DNA of 64,000 bases from assembly GCA_963662405.2 (NCBI GenBank), contig CAXXKT010000001.1:992001-1056000 (forward strand), read 5' to 3'. Position numbers and translations under genes: made by a program. Source of the DNA: Syntrophales bacterium (GTDB taxonomy: Bacteria > Desulfobacterota > Syntrophia > Syntrophales > UBA2210). Below the pieces are notes generated by a model that ran no database searches, was not told where the DNA came from, and saw nothing but the letters and a program-made list of their open reading frames with translations. This document shows positions 39,466-49,662 of this stretch, in pieces. Numbering within the stretch: the first letter of the stretch is position 1; each line of letters starts with the position of its first letter.

Positions 39466-39733
39466 CTTCTCCCCCCTTGGTTTTTTTGTTTGAATGCAGG
39501 CTGGTCATTGAACCTGATACAGTCATGACGCTGCCGGTGTGACTGAGCACATTCCTTCGTTTACTCATACCCGGGCGGATGCCTGATTGCCATCCATGCC
39601 GGGATTTCCATAACCGACGTTTTGAACATATCAGAAGGCCTGATATTCCAGTCAAAAATAAAGATACTGAATAAGAAGTCGATTTTTGTCAAGCCAAAAG
39701 GTTGCTGCGGTGATATGGATGTGTTGTGTTCCC

Positions 39734-40951
39734 TCATAACCTCATTAAGCTGTTCGTCAGTACCTGCATGGTCTGGGCAAATTGGCTGTGAGGGTGTGAT
39801 ATCATCATGGGGGTGAGAGACCGTACGCTGTTCTCTATCTCGATCTGCTGGGGAAGCGAACCAAGATAGGGAAGATTGATCGATAGCATCTTCTGTGAGA
39901 CATCCTGCAGACGTTTCACGACCTGGGGGGCATCGCATCGGCTGCTCACTCGATTAATAAGCAGCCGCGGTTTGAAATCATCGATCACCTCTTGGATCAG
40001 GCCGATTTGCTGAGGGTAATGTCTCCTGATTTCCATCATGAGACGGTTGATTTGTATCATGTTTAAATGATTCGATGATTTCGTAAATTTTTCGATAAAC
40101 TGTTCCAGGGGAATGTCTCTCTTATCTTTCCATGCCGATTCAGCCCCAAAGATCCTGTCGAGTTTTCTCAACAGGGCGACCTTGATGAAATTGTAGGCAT
40201 CAAGATAAGAGGCGGGGTCACAGGTTGTCAGGACAACCCCCTGATCCGCCATGAGGAAAAAATCGACAACGTTGAATGAGGTGTCTCCCCCTAAATCCAG
40301 GATGATGTAATCGGCCTTCAGTTCCTTTATCGCTTTCACCAGTTTGAGCTTCCGGGTGAAACCGATGTTGGCCGTTCCCAGCTGTGAGCTGTCACCGCCG
40401 ATCAGCGAAGGCCCATAGGCGGTCGGCACGAGGATTTTCTCGAGGGTAGGTGCTCGTTTGTTCAGATAATCATTGATGTTCCATTGCAGGTATGTCTTGC
40501 CGAGATACAAGTGGAGGTTTGCGCCGCCGAGATCCAGATCGACAACCACCGTTCTTTTGCCGCATGCGGCGAGATAAACCGCGAGATTGGCACTGAATAC
40601 GCTCTTGCCGATTCCCCCCTTCGCACCGCCAACGGCAATGATCCGGGCCCGTGGCCTGATCGTTGCCCCGGGAGATGCATCGGTTGCCGGGACGTGTGAA
40701 CGCAATACCCGATACGCCTGTTCTATCTTGACAAATCGCTCCTTTCTCTTCTCAATCTCATCGGGGTCCGCACTGTGATAGTGATCAGGGTGGTATCGTT
40801 TTGCCTTGATCCTGAATGCCGATTGTATCTTGGACAGGTCGAGGCTTGAGATGAATGCATCGTCCTTTGCATGGTCAATTGAAAAAAGATATGCCGAAGC
40901 CACTCGTATCTGCTGGAGCTCAGTTGTAGCCAGATCGTTTATGGATATCAT
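39734..40951 (-). CDS. J-domain + FlhG/MinD-like ATPase fusion
   Basis: AFRIKAKRYHPD...IEQAYRVL (J-domain), then IIAVGGAKGGIGKS, DLDLGGANL and ILDLG. Confidence 0.85.
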   Translation of the reverse strand: MISINDLATTELQQIRVASAYLFSIDHAKDDAFISSLDLSKIQSAFRIKAKRYHPDHYHSADPDEIEKRKERFVKIEQAYRVLRSHVPATDASPGATIRPRARIIAVGGAKGGIGKSVFSANLAVYLAACGKRTVVVDLDLGGANLHLYLGKTYLQWNINDYLNKRAPTLEKILVPTAYGPSLIGGDSSQLGTANIGFTRKLKLVKAIKELKADYIILDLGGDTSFNVVDFFLMADQGVVLTTCDPASYLDAYNFIKVALLRKLDRIFGAESAWKDKRDIPLEQFIEKFTKSSNHLNMIQINRLMMEIRRHYPQQIGLIQEVIDDFKPRLLINRVSSRCDAPQVVKRLQDVSQKMLSINLPYLGSLPQQIEIENSVRSLTPMMISHPHSQFAQTMQVLTNSLMRL

Positions 40952-41660
40952 GATTCTCGAACCGTACCTCGTATAAAATCGGGTTATATAACCCTTATAT
41001 CGGTCGGCGTTCGGAGAACATTAACATTTTTTTGTGATGGTAACCCCTCCGATGAAAACCGATTTTGGTTTCTTCCGTACCCATGCCGTGTGCCATAGAC
41101 GGAGAAAACTTTTTTCGTAACGACCAGAGAATAATCAGTATGACCGCCGTTTTTACGAGACAAAAATCACTTGACAACCGACGGGATATGCGGTACGGGG
41201 GCCGCGATTAGAAAGGATGGTAGCCGATAACATTTCATCCCCTGCCCGGGCGCCCTTCCGGCTCCGCGCGTTTGTTCTTGTGATGTCCTGACTGCTTTCC
41301 ATCCTACCGTGAAGTCGAGGTATCCTGATGGAATTTTTTGCATTGCCAACTACCCCCCCTGACATTTCTTGCGTGTTTTTGTTCCTGATGTTTTTTACCA
41401 TGTTGGAAGAGTCGTTGTGGCAGTAAGGGGTTCGAACCCCGGCATATTTGTTACAAAAGCTGTTTGTATAGAGGTCTCAAAACACATCGCCGCCGATCTT
41501 TTCCCTGCATTCCGCAGGGATGTCACGGTGCTGGTGTCTTTTTGGATCATACCGTCGGCTTGTTTCGATCGATCCTCACAGTGTCACAGAAGAATACACG
41601 GATGCGTGGCCTCCGGGGTCTCGTCCCCGTCCTGCAGGGGATGGTGTACGTCTGTTGGAT

Positions 41661-42416
41661 TTATACGGCGACCTTTCCCACCGGCGCGAGGTAGATCGTA
41701 AATTCTTCGGTTCCGTCGACCCCCAGGAACCGGTCCATCGCCTCCTGGTCGTACGCGGCGATGGCACAGGTCCCCGCCCCGATCGCCTCGCAGGCGAGAT
41801 AGAGATTCTGACAGACATGCCCCGCGTCGAGGGCGATCACCTTGTAGGCCGCCCCGCCGTAGCGCCACTCCATCCGGTACGGCACGGCCGTCCAGATGAA
41901 GGTGACCGCCGCCCCGCCCGGCGAACCCTGGCCAAATGCCGCTTTGACGATTGTTTCGGCCAGGCGGTCATCCGTATATTCTAAAAGGAGTTGGTGCTCC
42001 AGGGGGAGGTACCGGTACACCCCCCGATCGATCCCCGCGACATTCAGGGCGCAGAGATATGTCTCGATGGCGTGACGGCACCCCGCCGACGGGACCGTCC
42101 GGTACGTGTGCCCCTGATCGATCCGTTCCCTGATCCCCTGCGTCGCCCAGAGGAGGAAAGAGACCTCCTCGGTGGTGAGGGATTTATCCCCATAGATCCT
42201 GTGGCTCCGGCGGTTGCGGATCGCTTCAGCCAGATCGACCCCGTCGATGCCGCTCCCCGGCGACGGGAGGTCAACCCGTGTCGCTCCGTCCGCGAAGGGT
42301 TTTTCGATGGGAGGCGGGGCGATCCCCCGGCTCTGGTCTGTCGCGGCAAAATCGACGGTCTTGCGGACCGTATCCTTCAGAAAAAATCTTCCGTCCTCAC
42401 GAGATAATCGCGTCAT
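41661..42416 (-). CDS. SagB/ThcOx-like nitroreductase
   Basis: RRSHR, LLWATQG, RTVPSAG, WRYG, LDAGHVCQNLYL. Confidence 0.9.
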   Translation of the reverse strand: MTRLSREDGRFFLKDTVRKTVDFAATDQSRGIAPPPIEKPFADGATRVDLPSPGSGIDGVDLAEAIRNRRSHRIYGDKSLTTEEVSFLLWATQGIRERIDQGHTYRTVPSAGCRHAIETYLCALNVAGIDRGVYRYLPLEHQLLLEYTDDRLAETIVKAAFGQGSPGGAAVTFIWTAVPYRMEWRYGGAAYKVIALDAGHVCQNLYLACEAIGAGTCAIAAYDQEAMDRFLGVDGTEEFTIYLAPVGKVAV

Positions 42417-42486
42417 GTCCCGTTCCCCTTCCACATCTTTTTGTTATGAGATCCGTTTCCCGATCGGTCCTCTGATCAGAGACATA

Positions 42487-43863
42487 TCAGAAATACCAGG
42501 TCAGCCAGGTGTAGGCCGTGTCGGCCGGGGCGATGGAGAGACTGGTCCCGGGCGCGGCCGGGACGGGAAAAGGAAACGCCCAGCCGCCGTATTCGGTGCC
42601 GTCTCCTCCCCGGTTCAGGGTGCCGCCCAGGGTGATCCGGATGTCCTCGGTTATGTCGTATGTCACCCGGGGGAGGATCACGCCCGACGGGTCCTCCAGA
42701 TTGACAATGGTTGTCAGAAAGATATTGACCAGGGGGTGAATCTCCCACTGGAGTGTTCCCGCCGCGTAGAGGCGGCCCAGTGCGGTCAGATCGCCGCGGT
42801 CGAGTCGTTCGATAATATACGGGACGGTCGTATTCCGGGCGTAGTCATCGCTCATGAGACCGTTGTAATAGCATTCCAGGAGACCGTACCAGTTTCTGTC
42901 GGACCAGACCCAGGACAGATCGATATTGGCCACAATCGACACGTAAATTGAGTGTTCTTTCCGGTCTGTCCAGAGGGCGTCGTCATCGTCCGGGACGGTC
43001 AGGACGGTGTCCAGACGCCAGGCCGCCCCCCCGAGATACCCGACAACACCCGCTCCGGCGACGAAGTCGCGGCAGTGCAGCCCGACCATGGCATCCCATT
43101 CCAAAGCGCCCGTCGCCGCGTGGTATTTCACGGCAACCGAGGAAAAATCTCGTGACACGTGGTGATCGGCCGGGTCACGCCGCGGTACCACCAGGAGGTG
43201 CAGATGGCCGAAAGGGCCGGTCGTTTCGATGGAGAACATGTCGTCGCCGATCTTGTAGTCCCGCTCCACGTCGGTGGGCGCGAAGGGGTTGAAGAGGTCC
43301 ATGGGGTTGAAGATCATGCCGTTCCCCCAGGTCACGGCCTGGCGGCCGACCCGGATGTCGACCGGACCGGGATTCCAGGAGAGGTACAGACGGTCCAGGC
43401 GGTGATACCAGATGCAATCATCGTCTTCCTCCAGCCGGGTGGTCAGGTCGAAGAGACGGCGATCGTCTTCGGGGGTGGTCCCGGTGAACAAGGCTGAATC
43501 TTCCAATGCGGGAATTCGATCCAGGAGTTTCAATTGCTGCCGTCGGGAGTCGCCACCGGTCAGCATGTTTTCGTAGTGGATGGTGACGGTCATATTCCCC
43601 GGAAGAGCCGCTTCGTACTTGACCCTCAGTTCTGCTGACCCGTCGAGGAGTGTCTCGTCGTCGTTCTTCTGCGGGCTTTCCGCGGCCGGGTGGGACAGGA
43701 CACCGCGGAGCCTGATATGGCCGCCGAGGTCGCCGGGGGATAATGCCGCCCCGGTCTCTGCCGCGGCCGATACCGTCACCAGGCAGATGAAGAGGACCGT
43801 CGGCAGGATGGACCGCCACCTGTCAAGCGGCAGGTCCCATGGATGTGAATGCGGGTTTTTCAT
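42487..43863 (-). CDS. Putative outer-membrane beta-barrel protein
   Basis: Signal peptide ending AAA; RLDRLY, GRQAVTWG, FNPMDLFNPF; C-terminal WLTWYF beta-signal. Confidence 0.7.
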   Translation of the reverse strand: MKNPHSHPWDLPLDRWRSILPTVLFICLVTVSAAAETGAALSPGDLGGHIRLRGVLSHPAAESPQKNDDETLLDGSAELRVKYEAALPGNMTVTIHYENMLTGGDSRRQQLKLLDRIPALEDSALFTGTTPEDDRRLFDLTTRLEEDDDCIWYHRLDRLYLSWNPGPVDIRVGRQAVTWGNGMIFNPMDLFNPFAPTDVERDYKIGDDMFSIETTGPFGHLHLLVVPRRDPADHHVSRDFSSVAVKYHAATGALEWDAMVGLHCRDFVAGAGVVGYLGGAAWRLDTVLTVPDDDDALWTDRKEHSIYVSIVANIDLSWVWSDRNWYGLLECYYNGLMSDDYARNTTVPYIIERLDRGDLTALGRLYAAGTLQWEIHPLVNIFLTTIVNLEDPSGVILPRVTYDITEDIRITLGGTLNRGGDGTEYGGWAFPFPVPAAPGTSLSIAPADTAYTWLTWYF

Positions 43864-43882
43864 GGTCTTTCACGATCGTTGT

Positions 43883-44569
43883 TCAGTCCCGTGATTTCGC
43901 GTTGTCGATACGGCCATCCCTGATGTAGACCAGGCGATGGGCGTGTTCCATCACCATCTTGTCGTGGGTGGAAAAGACGAAGGTCACCTGTCGGTCCGCG
44001 TTCATCTGTTCCATCAGGGCCAGGAGACTCTCCCCGGTCGTGGAATCGAGATTGGCGGTGGGCTCATCGGCCAGGACAATGGCCGGGTTGGACACAATGG
44101 CGCGGGCCACCGCCACGCGTTGCTGCTGGCCGCCGGAGAGTTCGGCCGGACGCCGGTCGTACAGGTCTGCCAGACCCACTTCATCCAGGATGGCCCGCGC
44201 CCGGTCCCGGCGTTCCGATGGGGCAACACCCTGGAGCAGCAGAATGAACTCCACATTTTCCACGGCGGACAAGACCGGCACGAGGTTATAGGACTGGAAG
44301 ACGAAGCCGATGCGGTTGAGCCGCAGTTGTGCCAGTTCGGATTGTGACATGTCGTTGATCAGGTTTCCTTCCACCCGGACCGATCCCTCGTTCATGGTAT
44401 CGAGTCCGCCGATGATATTCAACAGGGTGGTTTTACCCGAGCCTGACGGACCGGCCAGGGCCATAAAATCGCCCTTTTGGATGTCCAGACTGACCCCGCG
44501 GAGGGCCTGTACCTCGACCTTTCCCTGATCGTACACCTTTGTCACGTCCCGTGTTTCGACAATGTTCAT
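43883..44569 (-). CDS. LolD/MacB-type ABC ATPase
   Basis: GPSGSGKTT, LSGGQQQRVAVARA, LADEPTANLD. Confidence 0.93.
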   Translation of the reverse strand: MNIVETRDVTKVYDQGKVEVQALRGVSLDIQKGDFMALAGPSGSGKTTLLNIIGGLDTMNEGSVRVEGNLINDMSQSELAQLRLNRIGFVFQSYNLVPVLSAVENVEFILLLQGVAPSERRDRARAILDEVGLADLYDRRPAELSGGQQQRVAVARAIVSNPAIVLADEPTANLDSTTGESLLALMEQMNADRQVTFVFSTHDKMVMEHAHRLVYIRDGRIDNAKSRD

Positions 44570-44597
44570 AAATGATGTTCCCCTTGGTTATGTATGG

Positions 44598-45824
44598 TCA
44601 TGCTCGGGCCAGCGCTTTCACCGGTGTGATGCGGGCGGCCCGCAGGGCCGGGTAGAGGCTGACGAGAAGACCCAGGATCAGGACCACCAGATTGGCGCGG
44701 ACCACTTCCTTCAGGTGAAGAGCCGGATAGATCACCCGGGGAATGGAAAACCGGTCCGCACCGGCCGCAAAAACGGAGAGATCGATGCCGTGCCGGGCGA
44801 GCGCCCAGATGCTGACATACCCGGTCAGGTTGCCGATCACGATGCCGATGACCAGGATCAGTATGGCCTCGGTCACTACCAGTGCCACGATCTGGCGGGG
44901 GCGCATCCCCAGCGATTTCACCAGACCGAACTCCCTGATCCGCTCCATGACCGCCATGAGAATAGTATTGATAATGCCGAATCCCATGGCCACGAAGACC
45001 ACCACGTACCACAGGATCATGAAGGTATCCCACAGCTCGATCATCGCCGTGATCAGCGGCATGAGTCCCCGGTACCCTGTTACTTCATACTCCCCGGTCG
45101 GTAATGCACGTCGAAGATCGGCAACCACCGGTCCGGTGTCCGCGCGATCCGGCAGGAGGACCGCCACCTCGGAGATGCCGGTCCCCAGCCGCAGCATGTC
45201 CCGGGCGGCGGGAAGGGTGACGAAGACGAAGTTCTTTTCCGTGGCTTCCATCCGGCCCTGATAGATCCCGATGATGCGAAAGGCCCGGGAGCGTATCTCC
45301 CCGTCGGTACCCTGGCTCATGAGGATGATCTTCTTGCCCAGGCCGGTTTCAAAGTCCTCGGCCAGGGCCCGGCCGATCACGATACCGTGGTCCTCCCGGC
45401 CGGTTTCCAGAAACCGCCCCGCTGTAACGGCACCGCCGATGAATGAGATGCGTGCCTCCCGGTCAGGGCGGATGCCGACCATGGTCACACCGGTGGAATG
45501 CCGCGCGTTCTGTGCGATCGCCGAGACCCGGACACGATCGGTCCAGACGGCGCCGGCGGGCAGAACGTGTTCCAGGGCGCTGTGTGCGGCCGTCGGGTCC
45601 TTCATGCTGTTGGCGACCGCCGGGTCGTTCCGATAGCCGGGGTGGTGGATCTGAAGGTGGCCGGTGAGGGTCGCCAGCTGATTTTCGATCATGGCATCGT
45701 ACATTCCGACCATGATACCCCCCAGAAAGATCATACTCCAGACGCCGATGATCACGGCAGTGAGGATCACCGCGGTTCGTTTGGGGTTCCGCCAGATGTT
45801 GCGCCAGGCCAATTGAAGATACAT
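44598..45824 (-). CDS. LolC/E (FtsX-like) ABC permease
   Basis: LAWRNIWRNP, periplasmic domain, NTILMAVMERIREFG, YPALRA. Confidence 0.9.
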   Translation of the reverse strand: MYLQLAWRNIWRNPKRTAVILTAVIIGVWSMIFLGGIMVGMYDAMIENQLATLTGHLQIHHPGYRNDPAVANSMKDPTAAHSALEHVLPAGAVWTDRVRVSAIAQNARHSTGVTMVGIRPDREARISFIGGAVTAGRFLETGREDHGIVIGRALAEDFETGLGKKIILMSQGTDGEIRSRAFRIIGIYQGRMEATEKNFVFVTLPAARDMLRLGTGISEVAVLLPDRADTGPVVADLRRALPTGEYEVTGYRGLMPLITAMIELWDTFMILWYVVVFVAMGFGIINTILMAVMERIREFGLVKSLGMRPRQIVALVVTEAILILVIGIVIGNLTGYVSIWALARHGIDLSVFAAGADRFSIPRVIYPALHLKEVVRANLVVLILGLLVSLYPALRAARITPVKALARA

Positions 45825-45846
45825 ATCGATTCCTCGTCAATCCGGG

Positions 45847-47091
45847 CTACGTCGCGTGCATTGCCTCCACCGGTTTGAATCGACGGACGCGCCATGCCGG
45901 ATAGAGCGCCGTCAGAAAGGTAACCACAAACACCACCGCCGGACCCAGGAGCAGAGACAGCCACGAAAGCTGGGGGCGCAGTGCCTCGGGCAGGCCGTAG
46001 AACCGGAGGATCTCGGCGGCGCCGGCAATATGAATGCCCGTGTGCTGGAAATAGAGGGTGAGGGCCGCGCCCCCGGCGATACCGGCGGCCATACCCACCA
46101 GACATATAAAGGAGGACTCCAGCATCAGGAGGCGGGTCAGCCGGGCATGGGAAACCCCCAGGGCCAGCAACACCCCGAATTCCCGGGTCCGTTCGAATAC
46201 GGCCATGAGGAAGGTGTTCAGGATACTGAAGGCCACCACGATGATCATGATGAGATAGAAGATGACACCGGAGATCAGATCGATCTTGATCCCCTGGAGG
46301 AGACCGGGAATCAGTTCCTGCCAGGTCCAGATCTTCAGGGGATACCGCATATCAAGTCCGGAAAGGGTTTGCTTGAGGGCTGCAGCAGCCGGCTTGACAT
46401 CAGCCAGTGACGGACAGACGGCCACGATTTCATGGACGGCGCCGCGCATGAAATAGAGGCGGTCAAAGGTATCCCGGGTGATCATGGCCACGGAGCGGTC
46501 CATCTCCTCCTGACCGGAAGAAAATATGCCGGCCACGGCGAGCATGCTGGCCGCCACCGAGCCGTCCCGGGCCTGGCCCAGCAGGATCAGTTCGTCCCCC
46601 ACATCGACCCTGAGATTTTCGGCCAGCAGGTCACCGATGATGACCCGGTTGGTATCCCCTGTTGCCAGATAATCGCCCTTCCGGATCACGGCTTCGATGG
46701 TGGTCAGCCTCGCTTCGCGGTCGGGGACGATACCGGTAATCATGGTGCCGTAGGTGCGTTTTTCCGAGGAGAGGAGAGAAAAAGCGTTGGATCGGAAGGT
46801 GTAATCCCTGATGTCGGGGCGGTCTTCGAGCCGGTCGGCCACGGCAGCGGGATCGGATATCACCTTCCGGATCTCCCTGTTTTTCTGGTAGCCCTCTGCC
46901 TTGATCTGGAGGTGGCCGGTATGGATGTTGAGGGAAAACCGGATCATGTCGGCGTAGGAGCCGAACTGGAAGGAGAGCATGAATACCAGGAGAAGACAGG
47001 CGAAGGCGATGGCCAGGATGGTCAGGATGGAACGCCGGGGGTTCCGCCAGATATTGCGCCAGGCCATGGTGAGTTCGATGCCCATGATCAC
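45847..47091 (-). CDS. LolC/E (FtsX-like) ABC permease
   Basis: MAWRNIWRNP, NTFLMAVFERTREFG, LYPAW. Confidence 0.9.
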   Translation of the reverse strand: MIMGIELTMAWRNIWRNPRRSILTILAIAFACLLLVFMLSFQFGSYADMIRFSLNIHTGHLQIKAEGYQKNREIRKVISDPAAVADRLEDRPDIRDYTFRSNAFSLLSSEKRTYGTMITGIVPDREARLTTIEAVIRKGDYLATGDTNRVIIGDLLAENLRVDVGDELILLGQARDGSVAASMLAVAGIFSSGQEEMDRSVAMITRDTFDRLYFMRGAVHEIVAVCPSLADVKPAAAALKQTLSGLDMRYPLKIWTWQELIPGLLQGIKIDLISGVIFYLIMIIVVAFSILNTFLMAVFERTREFGVLLALGVSHARLTRLLMLESSFICLVGMAAGIAGGAALTLYFQHTGIHIAGAAEILRFYGLPEALRPQLSWLSLLLGPAVVFVVTFLTALYPAWRVRRFKPVEAMHAT

Positions 47092-47840
47092 CTCGGCGGG
47101 TTCTTGAGGGCGGAACGGGTGAAGAGGTTCGGCGGGAGCTCCAGATCGAAGGTGACGGCGTCGACCACCAGGAGGGTGTACTCATCCGCGGCATCGGTCT
47201 TGGAGACCTTGAGCGTGCTCGCCAGCACCCGGCCGCCCATGGTCTTGATCTCCAGGGCCTCCATGATCTTGACCAGCGCACCGTCTTCGTCGAAGAATTC
47301 TTCTTTGAGGAGGACATTGTCTTCCCTGATTTCAAAACGGAGTCTGCCCCAGATCACCGGCGCCTCCGGTTTGGCCGGGCTGTCGATGATGTAGACCTTC
47401 TTGCCGTCCACCGTTGTGACATCCGTGAGCCGGTGGATGTAGTCCTCGACGATGGTGTCCGACTTGGCCAGGTCGTCGTTGGAGAAGTCCGATCCCATCC
47501 AGGACTGGGCCATCATGGAGGGGGGGAGCTTGATGACGCGGTTGACCTTGGGGTTGTAGGTCCACATCTCGTTGCCGCGCTTGAGGGTGCCGTTCCCCTC
47601 GTCCCTGGGCGGGGAGAGTACCCAGAAGATACTGTATTCCCGATCCCGGGTGTACCCCTCGATGGTCATGACACGCTCCCAGTCCGGGCGGTGAATGGTC
47701 ATGGTGTTGACGGATTTGCTGGTCATGCCGCGCATCTGGTCCAGGGCGTCGCCGATGATGCCTTCGGGGGATCGCTCGGCCGCGAAGAGGAGGGAAGGGA
47801 TCAGTACCAGAGATAATATCAGGAAAAAAGTCCGTTTCAT
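47088..47840 (-). CDS. LolA-like outer-membrane lipoprotein-sorting protein
   Basis: Signal peptide; MWTYNP, IKLPPSMMAQSWMGSDFSNDDL. Confidence 0.85.
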   Translation of the reverse strand: MKRTFFLILSLVLIPSLLFAAERSPEGIIGDALDQMRGMTSKSVNTMTIHRPDWERVMTIEGYTRDREYSIFWVLSPPRDEGNGTLKRGNEMWTYNPKVNRVIKLPPSMMAQSWMGSDFSNDDLAKSDTIVEDYIHRLTDVTTVDGKKVYIIDSPAKPEAPVIWGRLRFEIREDNVLLKEEFFDEDGALVKIMEALEIKTMGGRVLASTLKVSKTDAADEYTLLVVDAVTFDLELPPNLFTRSALKNPPR

Positions 47841-48189
47841 GACAACCTCCTGTCGGGATCGGCTCCCGACGGATCCAGGTGTAACACGGTCTGTGTTTGA
47901 TAGTATTGGGTGACCGCATCCGGATCGTTCACGGTATCGGATCTATTTGACCGATTGATTCATCATAGGAAGGGTATGGCAGTACTGTCAAGGATAAAGA
48001 GTCATCATTGAAAGGTGTTTTTGTACACGACAAGAGATCTGTCCTCGATATCGTGCCTGCCCGTCCCCCGCATGATTGATCCCGGAGAGGGATGCATCGG
48101 ATGTGTGCGGATGGATTTCCGCCTGCCCGCACGTTCCGGAAGAAAAAAGGGGAGGGGTGGTTGACCTGTGCGACAGGGACCGGTATATC

Positions 48190-48516
48190 ATGAAACCTCG
48201 GCGTGTGATCGAGAAAGTGGAAGCCGAGTATTTTATCACCGGCCACGAGAGGGGTATTCTCAGCAGGAAGGAGTTCCGGACGGGTATGGACCGCTACCTG
48301 GCGGTGATCGATAAACGGGACGAAAAGATCCTCTCCGTCATCTCATCGCCCCTTTCGCTGGAGGAGGTTGTTGACAGGGGACTCATCTACGGCAGGCGAT
48401 TTCACGTGGATGCCTGGGTCAACATGTGGGAATTTATCACGATTAAGAAACACCTCCTGAGAATGGAGCGGCAACAGAAGGTTTCCCGGATCGGCGACCG
48501 GTTCGTTGCCATATGA
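48190..48516 (+). pseudogene. C-terminal remnant of an MBL-fold hydrolase
   Basis: FITGHERG, YLAVIDKRDEKIL and winged-helix-like KKHL; no HxHxDH upstream. Confidence 0.5.
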
Positions 48517-48559
48517 AAAACCAAACACGTTACTGTGTTGTCCGAAGGAGAACGATATA

Positions 48560-48928
48560 ATGCCATGGGTCAGTGAAGAGTTATGTACGGCGTGTGAGAT
48601 ATGTGTCGAGGAATGCCCTGTCGGTGCCATCTCGATGGATACCGGTATCGCCTCTATCGATAACAGCGAATGTATCCGATGCGGGATCTGCCATGATGCG
48701 TGCCCGGTGGAGGCGGTCCGTCACGATGGCGAACGGATCCCCGCAGAGGTAGCGGACAATATGGCGTGGGTACAGCGATTGCTGACGCATGAGTACTATG
48801 CGGACGATCGGGACAAACAGAAGGGACTTGTCGATCGCCTGCGGCGCTATTTCACCAAGAATCGGAAGGTTATGGAACAGACACTGGAGTCCATCAAGAA
48901 CTTGGAGGATACCAGATACCGCGATTAA
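48560..48928 (+). CDS. 2x[4Fe-4S] ferredoxin with helical C-terminal extension
   Basis: CTACEICVEECP and CIRCGICHDACP; AAGGAG RBS. Confidence 0.9.
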   Translation: MPWVSEELCTACEICVEECPVGAISMDTGIASIDNSECIRCGICHDACPVEAVRHDGERIPAEVADNMAWVQRLLTHEYYADDRDKQKGLVDRLRRYFTKNRKVMEQTLESIKNLEDTRYRD

Positions 48929-49039
48929 CCGTGAACGGAGGTTTTGTTGCCATACCATATCGCGTCTCTCGGTCCTGAGATTCAGAGAGGTAGTACGGGG
49001 TCACCATCTCCTGGCTTCGAACATCATTCGCACACCGGT

Positions 49040-49627
49040 TCATTCCAACAGGGCGGCCAACTTTTTGTACTGTTCAGCGGTTTCGGGTTCGTGCGACGGG
49101 CTGTACAACAGAAATGACGGGTGCGGCAGCGGAAATATCGCCTGTCCCTCCGAGACGATCAGTGAGGCGTAGAGCGGGCGAAAATCCTCCCGCGCCGCCG
49201 GGGGATCGGCGTTATAGATCGTCAGGATGGTCCGCGTCGCATAGTAACCCAGGGGGACGACAACCCGGGGACGAACGATCGCGATCTCCCGTTCGACAAA
49301 GGGGCGACAGGCCTCGATTTCAGCCATTTTGGGGCGACGGTTCTTCGGCAGAAGGCATTTGATCAGGTTCGTCATGTAGATCCGGTCCCGGGTAATATCG
49401 GCAGCCCCGAGGAGCCTGTCCAGGACGGGTCCTGACGGGCCGATGAACATCCGCCCCGCGAGGTCTTCCTTGGTGCCGGGAGAAAGGGCAACAAGCAGCA
49501 ACCGGGCGTTGAGGGTTCCCTCGCCGCACAGGGAGCGGGTCCGGGTGGCCGCGAGACGACATCGCGCGCAGGTCCGGATCTCTTCGTTGAGCCGGTCTAT
49601 CGCTTCGCTCTTTGTATCGGTGGACAT
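49040..49627 (-). CDS. Uracil-DNA glycosylase family 4-like (variant motif A)
   Basis: CARC, FIGPSG, TNLIKC, EIEAC, HPS; ALSPG in place of GEAPG. Confidence 0.85.
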   Translation of the reverse strand: MSTDTKSEAIDRLNEEIRTCARCRLAATRTRSLCGEGTLNARLLLVALSPGTKEDLAGRMFIGPSGPVLDRLLGAADITRDRIYMTNLIKCLLPKNRRPKMAEIEACRPFVEREIAIVRPRVVVPLGYYATRTILTIYNADPPAAREDFRPLYASLIVSEGQAIFPLPHPSFLLYSPSHEPETAEQYKKLAALLE

Positions 49628-49662
49628 CGTGGCATCTCTCTCCGGCTCAGCCGTCGTCCGTA

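Noticed and set aside
38245..39528. 427-aa plus-strand ORF
   Set aside because: Antisense shadow of the Fe-S oxidoreductase. The same applies to the many other antisense or off-frame ORFs over GC-rich genes.
41427..41440. GGGGTTCGAACCCC resembling a tRNA T-arm or att fragment
   Set aside because: No acceptor stem, anticodon arm or correctly placed CCA on either strand; only a 14-bp palindrome.
40995..41660. Long intergenic region as a riboswitch (c-di-GMP considered)
   Set aside because: No diagnostic motifs found by eye; an Infernal/Rfam scan would be needed.
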